Positions 38,448 to 52,048 of a stretch of 64,000 bases of DNA are shown piece by piece (within the stretch, counting starts at the first letter, position 1; each line of letters begins with the position of its first letter). The stretch lies in NCBI GenBank assembly GCA_040954595.2, contig CM082588.2, forward strand, positions 1,355,935-1,419,934, given 5' to 3'. The notes below the pieces were generated by a model that searched no databases, had not been told where the DNA came from, and saw nothing but the letters and a program-made list of their open reading frames with translations. Source of the DNA: Balanoglossus misakiensis (Eukaryota > Animalia > Hemichordata). The position numbers and the translations under genes are program-made.

Positions 38448-41400
38448 ACCGGTCATATAAAAATGGATACAGCCTTTGTTCGTGATATATGGTTAGTGTA
38501 CCACTTTTATTGATGTTCAAAAATTACGAAGGGATGCGTCCCTCGTGTATGACAAGTTACCTGGTCACGTGAAGGACACAGAAACGACTAGCATATCACC
38601 GTTCTTGAAAGGAAAACCAGAGTCTGAGAAATAGGCACGGGGATAGGTAATTAAGAACTATTTCGAAAGGAAACAGTCCATACTCGTGAGAAAGCTGACC
38701 AAAGTTTGACAGGATCCTTTCCAACCCACCACCGAAACGCTTTTCAATGTTGACAGCAGATTGAACGACTATTCAGCGAAACTCGAACCGGCAACGATCG
38801 AAAGCGGGCGTAACTCGATCCCACGTCCTGCCGATTTCAGCTTGTCTTCTGACGTGTTCGACAAGGTATCGACACGGATTTATTTCCGTTTGTCTAGTGT
38901 TCCTACACAGTGACTGCTTTAATTTTGCAATCCTATTCCAATCGGCGTTCGGGGGCAAAAACAGATGTTCCAGATACAGAGCTGCGCCTGTATCGGCGCT
39001 TGCGTGTATAACCGCGTGGCTTGCGCACTTTTGAGGAATTTAAAGCCAAGTCATGAATTTACCTTGTTAAGGATTCCGTGATTGATTTGTGTTCAATAAA
39101 CAAACGACCAAGTTCAAACCACTCGACCCTCAAATAACGAATGCGCGACTCGCGATGGCGAGGAAATGCAACTTCACAACAAAACGTGACCACTTGTATA
39201 GTAACATGTTTCTTGCGTTTTGACAGGGTGCGATGGTGACTAACGATAATATAATTACGCGTACCCCCTTTCCCCCAATATGTCAGACATCTTCGATTGC
39301 CACTCAGCGTTTGAGAGTCCTCTTCGGCCGGTGTACACAATCGGAACAACTATTCCCTTTCTAATGAATACAGCGTTTCCAGTCTTGCGTTACCTGGAAT
39401 TTCTGTGCTATTCTCGTCTCGCCCCTACCACCCACTTCACACCGCATTGACTGCGAGAGCGCGTTTCTGTTCCCCCGTCTGACGATTATTATCGAGAGTC
39501 GCCGAGTCTCTTGAAGTTCGCGAGCCACCGGATTTGTCCTTTTGCCACGTCGTCTGGGGCACCTCCCTCAATGGTTGTGGACCTATTGTTCGGGGCACAG
39601 TTAGGAACGCCATTTTCCCCCACTGGCGTTGTTTATTGACCGGTCGCTATTACTGAGACTCAGGGTGGAGCAAAAGGCGGAAAGGAATGCCAAGTGTTAC
39701 TCCGCCAGCTGCCAGTCAGTTATGCGCTATTCAGCGTCGGAAACATAAACTTTAGAGGAGGAAAATCAGCACTGGTCGGGGTTAATTCGCTCCTGACCAT
39801 GACATTGCAGGCAGTTTTCGCCGCTGGTCTAAGCTTATTTTAACCATCACTGCACACACATAAACCACATTAGGCAGTAGGAGGGGATACAGAGTTCCAA
39901 AAGATTTGCTTAATTTAGAAGGTCATTGCAAAATGAGAAATGCATGGAACTCGGGTGTTCCAAGATTTCTCTGGATGAGAAGCGCTATGGTCTCCATTTG
40001 GTGCGATGCGATTACAAATCGCAATGCCCGTTTTTTAAAATACCAAGACAATCCAAGAAGAAATGGGTGTTATGGTGGCGTGGGTTGAAAATTGGAATTT
40101 GGCAATAGCGTGTAATTTTAATTTATAAAAGTAAAACCAATTACGGCCTTGTCTCTTATTGGCAACTAGGTGTAAAGAATAGGGGTTTTCGTTTTACACT
40201 TGTCTGGTAATTACAACACCGTGGGCACCCAGAGAATTTCGTAGACGTGTGGGACTGTTTTCCAACAAAGTTTGCAATCGTTTTATCCGATGAAAAAAAG
40301 ATCAGATCCTTTCGAGGGATCCATAGTTATTCTGCTGTTGCTTATTTTCATATAAGTATTAAACATATGTCTCAGCGTTTTCCCAAGATTGTCAGATCCG
40401 ACACGAGTACATTATCCGGTTTACAACACGTAGCATTAAGACAACATCTGTGATCTTCAAGTTAGTATGCTAAACAACTCAATCACATAAACCAATCACA
40501 AGCTTCACAAAGTACACCTGGTGAATGATACATTTCGATTGATTAGTTATCAGACAGCACATTTGCCATCATTCGGGACTCGATTTTTGACGTGGAGACA
40601 CCGTGGCCGAAAGTAGCGACAACAACGACATATTCATTACCCAGAGCAATTTCGGACAACCAAGTGAAAGTGAAGGTCATGCCTGTGACGATATGGACTG
40701 AATTTTCTAAGATTTTCGTGGCCTCATTCAACTTGAAGATAACGTAGGCCTACATAAACCATCGGTCATGGAAAGCGACGACGAAAATCGAGGGCGGCTT
40801 GCAGCCTCCTTTGCATATATCCTCTACCACACGTAAGTCCAGTTTTCTGTCATTTTTCCTCGAAGCATTTAAATTTAAAGTTATTCTGTTGATAAGGCAT
40901 TGTCAAGTGTACGTCAGCAAGGTATCTGGTTCGTCGAAAAATAGAGATTCCATGCGGAACATTGTGCCAGGTAGAAATGAAACCCTCAAAAGTTGAGGAC
41001 AGCGCAGAGATTATACAAAGATGGCCGAACCACGTCTATGCATACGTAAGCAGTTCTTTCAGGAGGAGGCCGGCACATCTCTTTCAAAATGAAAAATGAC
41101 CAATTTGTTATCTTGTGTGCTGTGAGTGAATATTATTATGCCAGGTGAAGTGCAACATCTGGATACGCAGTGCAATATCTCAGCGGGCAAAATTATGCGG
41201 TAGGTTGATGCAAAGAAGCCTCGCTTTGTATATGTTGGGTGACATGCCGATAATTTTCAAACATAGCGTGATTACTGCCGTTCAAACTCTCAAGGATAAT
41301 TTCCCCGTGACTGTCAACTTTGTTTTCCCGGCTATGAAAGTACCCTGATGTCACAAGAATGTCTTTTAGCAATCGCTTTTCTGTTTTATCAGCACAGTGA

Positions 41401-44400
41401 TGGCCAATCCACCTGTTGTATCATCGACATTCCAAGTTAACGAGAGAGACAGTAAACTTTAAAACAGATCAGCCATTGCAGTCAGGTAAGTGCCGAAACT
41501 TTTTCAAAGGGAGGGGCGAGAAGCCCGTGTGACATACAACGCAGGTAGTTTCTATCATTCTAATTTTATTCTCACAATCAAGCATAGTCAGTATGCCACT
41601 TGTGACTTGCAACGTGATTCTGGGGTTAGTATTCTTAAATATAACGCGGTAATCATTACAAGAAAGTTTTAGCCAATTAACGTCCCTGACAAAAGACACT
41701 CACTCGTCCCCCCCCCCCCCCCGTTGACAGCAAAGGCAGTTTCCATTGGCCTCGCCGAGGTGTTTCGGCAAGAGATGTACACAAAAGGTCAAGTTAGGAT
41801 GACCTCTAGCGAAGACATAAACCCCAGGATGTTATCTCATCCGCCGATGTCGTCAAAATTCAAAGTGAAATTGTAGCATCTTCAGGTGTTGTAAACATTT
41901 GAAGAGGCCAAGTGCGCGAAACATCCCCGGCAATCGCATTACCGCACGCGCGCCTTGTCATCAAAACACGGACCGATGAATTAATCTTACCGACCTTAGA
42001 CTATCATCTGTTTGATTTAGAGTAGAGCTTGGTCACGTGGTTCGGTTGATCGTTCCACATGAATGTGTACCGCAGATCGAATTTGAGACTGTTCTTTTAA
42101 ATGTTTTTCAACAACTTGTCATATTTGTTCTGTCCATTCTTTCTTACTGTTGCTGCTGGTCCCGAGGTTCTATAACACCCGGCTGCCATCATTGCTTCCA
42201 AACAGACTCCTTGTCGTTTCAACATCATTTCTTTACTGCCTCTTAATTCAATCTCGATTTCTCTTTGTTCTGTTCCGTCCAGTTCGGTCTGTCGTTTGGT
42301 GTTCACTGAATTCTACTTTACCAGTAAAATTGTAATGAGCTGTTTCAGGGTTTATCATTCGGTATGATGACTATGGTCTATTGTATCGTGTGGTGTGTTG
42401 TTTTTTGTATACTTCTCTTTATTACCCCTGTCATAAGCACGATATTGGAATTCCTGAGATTTTCTTATCCATGTCAGCTTATAGTGTAGGTTTCCCATCT
42501 TTCCTGTTTGAGAAGTATGTACTGTCTCGATGCTCACTCTGAAACTAGCGTTTCGCTGACAATGTCATGTGTGCGAATACTCAAACTTCAGTTGATCTGC
42601 CCAGTGGAGGCAAAGTGGTGATTGTCACTTCAGAACATGTTCGATCATCGTTTTTGTTCATGGCGACCTTATCTGTGTCTGAAAATGACTAACAATATTC
42701 TCAAGCTTAAATGAAGAAAAGTTATTGGATGACTGACGGAGTCTATTGTAAATGACTAACAGCAGTTTTTACGCCTAAATGCTGTGTATGTGATAACCCG
42801 AGACGCACGGGCGTTAGCGAAAAGTCTACCAGAAGACCATGTACGTGTAATAATAGAACTTAAAAGAAAAAACCGCAGATTCCCTTCTTTGGCGCAAAAA
42901 CGGCTTTTTGTGATGTCAGTGCGCAAGACAAAAGAGTTCGTATAGAAGGATCGGCGTGAGTAACATCCACGCGTGCTGGAGTCATCGACGGAATCACGGA
43001 GGAAGTGGCACGGTGAAGATTTCTGTTAGAGAACGGTGTTTGGTTTCGCATTCCCGGGATATTTCACTGTTGACGGGAGCGGTCGGCAAACGCAGCCGGC
43101 GCGCTCCCTCGGCCACTTGTTGCTCGACTGCCGATTGGCCGGTGAGTGTTTTCCCCCAAGCGCGATAGCGACGTCCCCGCACGTGGGGCCCGGTGGCAGC
43201 CGATGAGTGAGAAACCACGCGCTGAGTCAACACACATGAAATGCGAGATGATGTCCGTTGATATTTTAGAAATTAATGAAATGTGATCATTTCCATAAAG
43301 AACCACACGCAGCATGATATTTATGAAACGGACATGTCGTTAATTATGAATTAATGACCTTCGCCGGATTGGATTCGACAAATTCATGTGCACCGTGGTG
43401 TTAAAGCTTTTTACATTAGCAGAACTGCACGAACGAATATTTTTATCTTCATTGCCTGGATATATACCGCCTCTGATTTGGTTTTAGCAGTCGATGCACT
43501 TAACTCACTGCTTAGAAGTTTGTCTGCAAATACAGCTTATATTTGGCATTTCTGGATATTGGCAATCGAAAAAAACTTATATCACTTCTTCTACTGCAGT
43601 GTCAGGAGTTTCCGTCGCTTGGAAGGTAGGGAGGGAGTGATTTAAAACAGATTGGCAAACAGTTTTTGATTTGAGAGTGACGTCGCATCTCCGCCTGAAA
43701 TGCAACTGCAATCTAGTCAATAATATGAACATTTAACACTTGGATGGAGTTCTCCTTTATGAAATATGGTCCCACGCGGCGAACTCTCTGTGAGATGGCC
43801 CCAGGAATTTGCCACGCGTAATGCCACCATAAATGTGTCCAGGTCTTCCAGAGTGCTCGTCACATTCGGTTTGGATAAACGCTGGCTGCGAGATGTCACA
43901 GAACATGTCATATTGCACGCTGTGGCGCAGATCAGCAGACCTCTGGAGATTTCACCCAGAAAGAAAAAAAAATGATTTTCTGATACTGCGGTGGAGATAA
44001 AGTAATATTTGATGAAGGATGAGATTGGTTTGACAGCAACCGGCGCTTTGCAGGGAAAATATCACAGATATATTGGCCCCCAAAACGGGCATAACTGTTA
44101 CGAATATGCTGATCCAGTGCGACCTTTGAATCGATTCCAGGGGATTTAATTTTCGGGAAGCTGTCTCCCAACAAAAAGACTTGCCCTGTGAACGGCGCGC
44201 TGTCCTTAGTGTAAAATCTTTTCCTCTTTTATGAAATTTACACCAAAATGAGAATTTAAATGCTTCTGTAGAGATTTGGTATATTTATATCCTGAAGGAA
44301 GCAATAGATGCCTGAAATACCGCAATAACACGGCAAAGTGATATGCAATGCTTGTATTGAAGTGGGACAAGGGCATATACCATACAATCCGTTATTAAGA

Positions 44401-47400
44401 AAACTCTGCCATATATCATCATGGTTCATAGCGTTTTCCAATTTTAGATATCAAAACTCAGTTGCAGCAAATCGCTGGTTGGTCTTTCTCCTTTGGCACG
44501 AGCGGTTCGTGCCCCAACGATTATGCCAAATATGTCTACAATTTTCGCTCCCGAAATTCCTCAGAGTGAGGCGTGCAACTTGAAACACAGAAGACGTATG
44601 CGGTTCACAGTTTATGCTGTCAATACTTTTATCAAAGTTGCTTTACTCCTTATGAAACTTTTCTGTGGATTTTTGCGATTGTTCTCGAAGTTTATTCCGT
44701 TCACTGATTTTTGCCTTGCACCGCGTGTTTTGTTTTGTCGAAGTGACGTCTCCCGTTGCGTCTAAATCTCATTAGGAGTTGACTAATTCATATCCCAGGG
44801 GCTTGGCAAGTTGATTCCTATGCGTGTACTCGTGGTCAATGTTCATAAATAAGACCAATTTTGTGATCCAAGTTTGTGTTCAGCCTGAGGTCGAAAACTT
44901 CAGATTCTTAATGCATAAAATCTTAAACTGTGTTGTCAGGGCTCAAGTTGGACAATAGACATCGATGTGACAGAGCCCCCAGCAAGTTATTCAAAGATAT
45001 TTGACGTATTCTGGGGTTGTCCCTTCTACATTCTGGTATTTCCAACCAAATGCCAAATCTCGTTTGAACCTCTAACGGTTGAGTTCTGTAGAACTGTGCA
45101 GTGGGATTCTCTGACTTCACCTGTATATGGTCTGTTCCTCTTTTTTTCCTTGCAATCGGATAGACCGCACAGTGTATTGCTGGAAACCTGAACATGTCAC
45201 ACATCCAACTTTCACAAATTGTCGTTCCCAGCCAGCAATCCAAAACCGCCATGGATGGCTCACGTGACAACGAACCGAATCCACGCTTCACCCCCCTAGC
45301 AGTCGAATTTCGTTCTTTTCCTCTGGGAAAAACTGTAGTAATGGTGCACATTTCACTGGGGTGCCAATTAAGAACCGATGTTCTAGTGTGTCGTCGCTTG
45401 ATTCGTTTTATTTCTTCTCGATTCACCCCAGCATGGCTTTGAAAACAATTGGTTATTTAGCGTGATGCGATGTCTTGTGTATACGCTACTTCCTACAACT
45501 TTCTAGGTAGCGGTTGGTTTGTTTTAAAACAGATGTGACCCATCGGCTTCAAACTTGCTCGCATTAGCTCTCACATGAACGCACAAGGTGAGAAAGTGGA
45601 AAGCTTTTGATTTGAAATGTTGGACTCAGAGTTTCGACGAAAAGTCGTTGTAGAGAAATGTGCACTTTTTGCTTGCACTGTTTAATACCGACCAACATCG
45701 CCGTCCTGTGGTCTTGGCGTCCAGTTGAGACCCCCAATTTGTAAAATAATAACGATCCTTGAGTTTCGACGAACAATTATCCAAAACGCTACCCCAGAAA
45801 TTTTGAAGAAAAATTAAACCATGGGAATTTTTTCGCTTCAAGGGACTTTCATGGGCCGTTTAACGTCACACAGAGCTGAGGTTTGGTCCTCACAACTGGA
45901 AACAATTTAAACTCCGTGTGGACCCGTCCATGTGACTTCTGCCATCTGAACGCCGTCCCTCACTGTGAAATCAGTGTGCTTCCTTTCTGAGGTTTCGTCC
46001 TTGTCCGCCCGCGCTCCGCTGCGATAATTTCGTTTACTTTTCATACCTTGGCACGTAATCTGTACTTTCCTTGAGAACGGTCTGTCGCTCGAAACTCCTC
46101 GTCGCAAGTGGTGGTGTGTACATGTGTGCCAGAATGAAACCCGACCGCTTCACAGAAACTCCACGCTATAATTCCAAAACCGACTTTAGTTCGAAAGTTG
46201 TTGCGTACTTTCTGTTACCTCACTGTTTTAAATTCTTGACATTTACTCCCAATTGGAATTATTTATAATTTGCATATTTTTTCTTCAGTCTTGTCGGTTT
46301 ATATTCGTGTACAAACAGTACAATAAAATAATTTTGCTAAAATGATATTGTCGTTCTAAGTAGGCGAACGCGCATAAAACAAGTCTCCCACATTTTCTTG
46401 CAAAATGCAATTCTTGATAACTGCGAGTAGGAAGATACCAGTGCCTTAATGATCAACACCATGCCACATTTTAGTCAGCTGAAAAATGTTAAATCTTTAT
46501 AATTTAAAAAGGCGAACAAAATCGCTGAAAAGAAGTCGATATCACAAATAACAGCAGACGTCTGATCTCTCTCAGTGAGATTTCAGTTCGCCTTCCTATG
46601 CCTCTGACACTTAAACCAAGTTCTTCTCAAGTTTCATCGAAGAATATTATATCTCGCGCAGTTTATGACCTAATTTCAGCTCCTCGAGATTTCGGATGCC
46701 TGGGGATCCCGGCAGAATATTGAGACAGATTCACCGCGGACTAAAAGTAAAACCACACTCCCAGACACTCATCAATCGAGGCGAACAGGGAGTGCGTTTA
46801 TTTCCTCTTTTATCTTTGGTGTAACAGTTCAAGAAAAGAAACTGACAAGCACTAATTGGATGATTTTTAATAAAAAGTCGGCAAGACGGCATGCCAGTCG
46901 AGGTCATATATCACAGACGCTATAATATATATTTTTATATTGCATCACGTTCGCTTGAAGGGTGTCCCGGGCATTGCTCATACCGCGGGAGTTGTGAACC
47001 TCCGCTCCGGGAGCAGTGACAATTTGCCGCCGGCGGTGGAAGAACCCAAGGTTGTCGACCCTTGGAGTTGATGAGTGTATCTTATCAAGTCAGTGTGAGG
47101 CGCTTGTAGGTCCACGCTAAGTTAGATGCCCCCTCCCCTCCCCCTCCCCCAGATCGTTTCAGATTACGTCCGTTTTGATGATTTTTCAGGTCTATCCGCG
47201 AATTTTCTTTGCTTTCTGGCCACGTCGTCTACGCGAAGAAAGTCTGGTTGAAGTGGCATGCGCCGACAAGTTTAATTTGCTGATTTCGTAGATGTCTCTA
47301 AAGTCCACAAAAAATCTGACTTGGCAAGATCGAAACGCCCAAAATACATTAGTGTTGCAATATTTATCGGCGAGTTTCCTATTTTTATTTCAATGGACGT

Positions 47401-48456
47401 GATATAAAAACGGTACACCATATTTTAAGAGACTCTGTTTTTATCAGAAAATCATCTTGGCAGAAAATCGCTTAATGATAATCCACTACTGAGATAACTG
47501 TCTCAAGTGTACACACACATACTGGAACTTGGCAATGCTTCAACGTCTTAGGTACTAACATTCCTCACTTCTATCATCACTGAGTTGTTGGGTGTCTAAG
47601 TAAACACATTAAAGGTGCCACCTTTACGCGCGACGCTGTCGTGTTGCAAGAAGTGCATTGTCATCTCCGTTTTGTCGGAATTATGTGACAAAAACAGTCT
47701 GACGTTTTGAAAAGAAATCAACCAAAATTAATTTTTTCGGGGCCTGATATTCGACCAGAAAAAACTGAATTTGGTAGAGTTGAAAAGAGTCAGTTATAAA
47801 ACCGTAAGTGTACCACTTCAAAACATGCCCACATCGGTTCTAAGATATTGTTGATGGATTTGTATGATAAACCCATGATTTTTTTCGTCTGATAACGTCT
47901 GGGCCTATTCTTCTTAAAAACGAAAGTAGGCGGTGGGCAATGTCTGAACAGTAGCACATTCATGTGTTAAGTCGACGATTATGCCCCAGCGATGAATGAA
48001 GTGCGGAATTGCTGAAATACTGGGACAACCTTGATTGAGGCGTTACCAAGACTAGCACGCTGTTGGCGTCGCCTGCTCGATCGAGTGGCGAATTGCTGTT
48101 AAGTAAGGGGTGATCCAAAACGCACACACCTGTCTCGATCCTGGTCTTTTGATTTGAATGCCGCACCACTTAGCGAGAACGCCGAGAGATAAGTCGAAAT
48201 ATGTGGCGTGTACACAGCGAAAAGGGACACCTCAAACATTGGCTTGCAAAGAGCTTGGACTCTAGAATAGTGTTTAGGACAGAAATCAAATAAACAGGAG
48301 GACTGATTATTTTGACGCAAATAGATCGATATTGTACGGGTATAAATAGAAAGAGAATTGGATTACTTTTTAAAGAGGGTAGCTTCTGTAAGAGTGCGCG
48401 CGGGAACAAGCATGTAGGGTTAAAGTATAGCGTCCTTGATGGTTTGGAGTAGGTGA

Positions 48457-48552
48457 ATTTGAGAGAAGTTGGCGGATTGGCCAATAGGGTGGCAGCGCGC
48501 ACAAGAGATTTGGGAGAAGTTGGCGGATTGGCCAATCGGGTGGCTGCGCGCA
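48457..48552. repeat. 51-bp-period direct repeat (2 copies), each with palindromic ATTGGCCAAT
   Basis: atttgRgagaagttggcggattggccaatMgggtggcWgcgcgca at 48457 and 48508. Confidence 0.9.
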
Positions 48553-50519
48553 TGGTAGGGGCACGCACACTCAGCGTGTGTGTGGCGATGGTATTACCGC
48601 GTAATTATTGGACAGTGAAGAAGCTATAACGGGGCTACTTAAGACGGATTCAAAGGCAAACATACCAAACTGTTGTCTAGCCAATTTCAAGATACCACAG
48701 GAGGCGTTCTTTTTTGTCTCGAACGTCTGACACTAGGGACACTACAGATCGACAGGTTCTCTGCCATTAAGCCAAAATTCGGCGATCGAAAATTCTTGTC
48801 ACGTGTTAATCCAACATTTTTTTTCCAGATAAACTTTTTTTCCAATCACATATGTTCAGGTGTGGATTGATACAACAATAAAAATACTTTTATTATCGCA
48901 GGTAAATCGGAGGTTTTTTTTAAATTCCCGGTGGGTCGACCGCCTCAGTTCAATATCTGAAATTCCCAGAATTTGCAAGTTAGAACGTAAATGAATTTGT
49001 TTTGTTTCGGCAGATAAAAGCCGCCGTTAGGTGTGATTTCTCGCAGAATACAGTGTTGTGTCAATTTTCAATTTGTGTGCACTGCGCCTGTTGACTGACT
49101 TCTTAGCGTTGCGGCTAAAATGTTGGTGTCGCTAAACCGCTAGAATAACACTCCAGTCTTGGGACAATGAGTGAAAAACACCCGCATTCCTCGCTAATTA
49201 TACAAATAGAGAAATAACTGCTAAACGCGACAGAGGCGCAAAACACCTCTTTGTTAGTAATTTGCATACTATCTCATTGTGCCACCTTTTAAAGGCAATC
49301 AAATTAAAGTTTACTTGACTACGACGGATGACCGAAAATAGTTTTTTGGCACCAAAAATTGCTTTAACTTCACATTCGAGAATTCAAATTCCAGACTTAG
49401 ATATCAGAACTTCAATGATAGGCAGTTTTATATGATTTAGGAACGTTCTATTTTGTGATTTTATCACTTTGTTATGATTTGAAAAGTATCCAATTTTCAG
49501 AAGGTCTGTCCTAGGTTACGCATACTGTCCCCTCTCATGCGTTACGCATGAAGTTGTTTTCTTGGTGAAATTTCTATGTTTATCCAAATTAAAACAATTC
49601 CAGCTGACCTAATTAGTGTACCTACAGCTAGACGGGGCTTTCGTGGATATTGTTGGAGTAGACTTGTCCTTCTATCGTTCTGTCAAATTGGAAATTTGTA
49701 TTCCAAACACGCGATGCCTGCAATTCTGCAGCCACAGCTGTCGCGAAAAAAGTGAGCGGAACCACTTTTGGTTTGAACAAGCTAACCATGGAAGAGTGGG
49801 ATAGTCTATTATGACACACTCAATTTTTTCTACCAAGCTGGTGGTTTGCTAGACAGAAAACAAATTTTATTTTAAAGCGACATATATCAAAAAGCAGATC
49901 ATCGATAGTTACTTTTATTGTTGAAATTTTTACCATCATTCGCAGCCGCCTGCTCTCAAGGTTTAGCTCAGTGCTTTGATGATCGAAAATTCCGTGTAGT
50001 CATAGTTTTTGTTTGTCCTCCGTTGAGCGTCATCGATACGGCTTTCCCCCAACCGCTTCCACTTTAGGCCTTTTCTAATGACACATGGACGAAAAGAACA
50101 ATTCGGTCATGAAATGAACACAAACAGACATTGATTGACAATTGTTTATAGGAAATGTTTTTGTTCATGTGTATGTGCGCGCCTGTATACACCGGCTATA
50201 GGTTCCAGTGGCGCTTGGCGATCAATAGCTGCTTCGCTCATGTGTTGGCTGGAGTCAAAATGGAGCTAAAGGCTTTTATTTTAGAATTCAGCAAAGCGGA
50301 GAGGACTTCATTTCCGCCGTCGTTTGTCCGTACTCGCCGCACTTCTCGACGGCGGAAGAGAAAGGGAAATCGAATTTCATTGAAGGGTGAATTTGGTGCA
50401 TGCGGTAATTAACGCATTTACTCTGTATGTTAATGCCAGTGGTCAAGCTTTGCTCTAGACCATGAAACACATGCGTGTACGCATTAATGGCTGTTGTGAT
50501 GCAACACCTCTTGCGCATC

Positions 50520-51062
50520 AAATTCGTTTTGTCTGATCTAGGTTTCTGGAAACATTGAAGTCATCGTTGAGACGCAGACAATACTGATTCGAAACCCCTT
50601 TCTGAAGGTCGAGAAGACTGCGACCTTTTAGAAACGGAAATTTAAAAAGGTTTCTCCGGACGGGTGGACAGTAAGGAAAGGTCGTTGGCATTTGTGTTTA
50701 TCTGCGTAATTTAAGACTACATAGGATATTTGAGCGTTGAATGAATGAATGAATGAATGAATGAATGAATGAATGAATGAATGAATGAATGAATGAATGA
50801 ATGAATGAATGAATGAATGAATGAATGAAGATAGATATTCAAATTCAAATCCGACTTGTCACAACTTTCTGAAATATTGAAACAGTCATTGAAACTAATA
50901 TTTTCGATCAGTAACTCCTGTAGTTCGAGGAGATGGCGATCTTGTAGAAACAGAATCCTAAAAGGTTTCCCCGGATGGTTTTTGACAGCCGTAACGAAGG
51001 CGGCGGTGGCTGTATTTATCTGTGCATTTAGAGACTACATGGGAAATAAGAGCGTTGAATGA
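50520..51062. repeat. diverged local tandem duplication (~220-bp copies at ~50520-50745 and ~50845-51062)
   Basis: Collinear shared words: tttctgRaaYattgaa, tagaaacRgaa..taaaaggtttcYccgga, tttatctg, gactacatRgga, gagcgttgaatga. Confidence 0.7.
50738..50829. repeat. (TGAA)23 microsatellite
   Basis: perfect tetranucleotide run. Confidence 0.97.
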
Positions 51063-52048
51063 GGGCGATGACACGGTAGAATGATCTGTAAAGGACCAAG
51101 CGCCGATAAGCTTCATAAGGTTTAATACTCACTGTCGCGTCGGACAATGTCCGTGGCAGAGAGACTCGAAATGAAATTGACACGCGATGAAAATCTTGAT
51201 TAACCACCAAGATAATCAATCATAAACCGCGCGTAACCTTGGTAGCGTCAGGGACAACATATACATTAGATGACATACACGCCGCGAGCGTGCTCTCTAT
51301 TGTTGTATTTTTTTTTTCGGCGGAATCAAATCGTCAGACTCTGTCATCGTCGCTTTGTTTTGATTTTTATAGACCACTTGCGCTGGACTTGTACGTTCGG
51401 AAGTTGGTCGGTGCGTCTTGACGTCATCCTTGTCGACGGAGAAGCGATCTGCGTCAGAAGCGACCGCAGAACAGCCATCTTCTCCACGTACACATGACAA
51501 CAGAATTCTTGTCATTTTTTTGTGCTCTGTGTTTTAGTTCGAGGCAGTACATATCATAGTAAAGTTGTGTCATTGTTTGGCAAATACTTTAAGTTGATGG
51601 CTCGATCTTCCTTCTTTGGTTACTATTATGTGTTGTGATGAAATTTGCAAGTCGATACAAAGTTAAACATTCTTTCTGTGTGTGTCTCTCTCTATCTTTC
51701 CATCTGTACTGGAAATGTTCTCACCTTCCTAATCATCATCACCTTGCGCGTAATAATTGTAGATATGTTTGTTTTCACACTTCTCTTGGATAGCTGTAAA
51801 ATATTCACGATTGCAATAGGGACTTATTCATTAAGTCTCCGCATTTTTGCAAGGCGTAATACTAGTAAATTGTACACAATCTCGGGCGTGATATGCGGGA
51901 CAGCGACGGAGTTGCAAACAAAGCACGCCGCTGACGGTCATTCGCATTGAAGACTTTTGTCTTCACAAACAGATTTTAACCCACCCTATACCCCTCCCTC
52001 TCCCTACCCCCCTCTCTCCTCTGAAAAGCCAAAGGTCATTGAGAGGCA

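Noticed and set aside
44923-45426. 167-aa minus-strand ORF (similarly the 159-aa ORF at 18738-19217)
   Set aside because: No recognisable domain or splice context; consistent with chance ORFs.
47190-47251. Alternative VGLL last exon after tttttcag|GTCTATCC
   Set aside because: The peptide is unrelated to vestigial; the exon at 36944 gives the conserved KDLYWF terminus.
21100-49200. Scattered TEAD-type CATTCC/GGAATG sites suggesting VGLL autoregulation
   Set aside because: A 6-mer is expected dozens of times in 64 kb; no tandem or clustered arrangement was seen.
47608-49292. TTAAAGGTGCCAC ... GTGCCACCTTTTAA as TIRs of a TTAA-targeting element
   Set aside because: The match is short and imperfect and does not extend inward.
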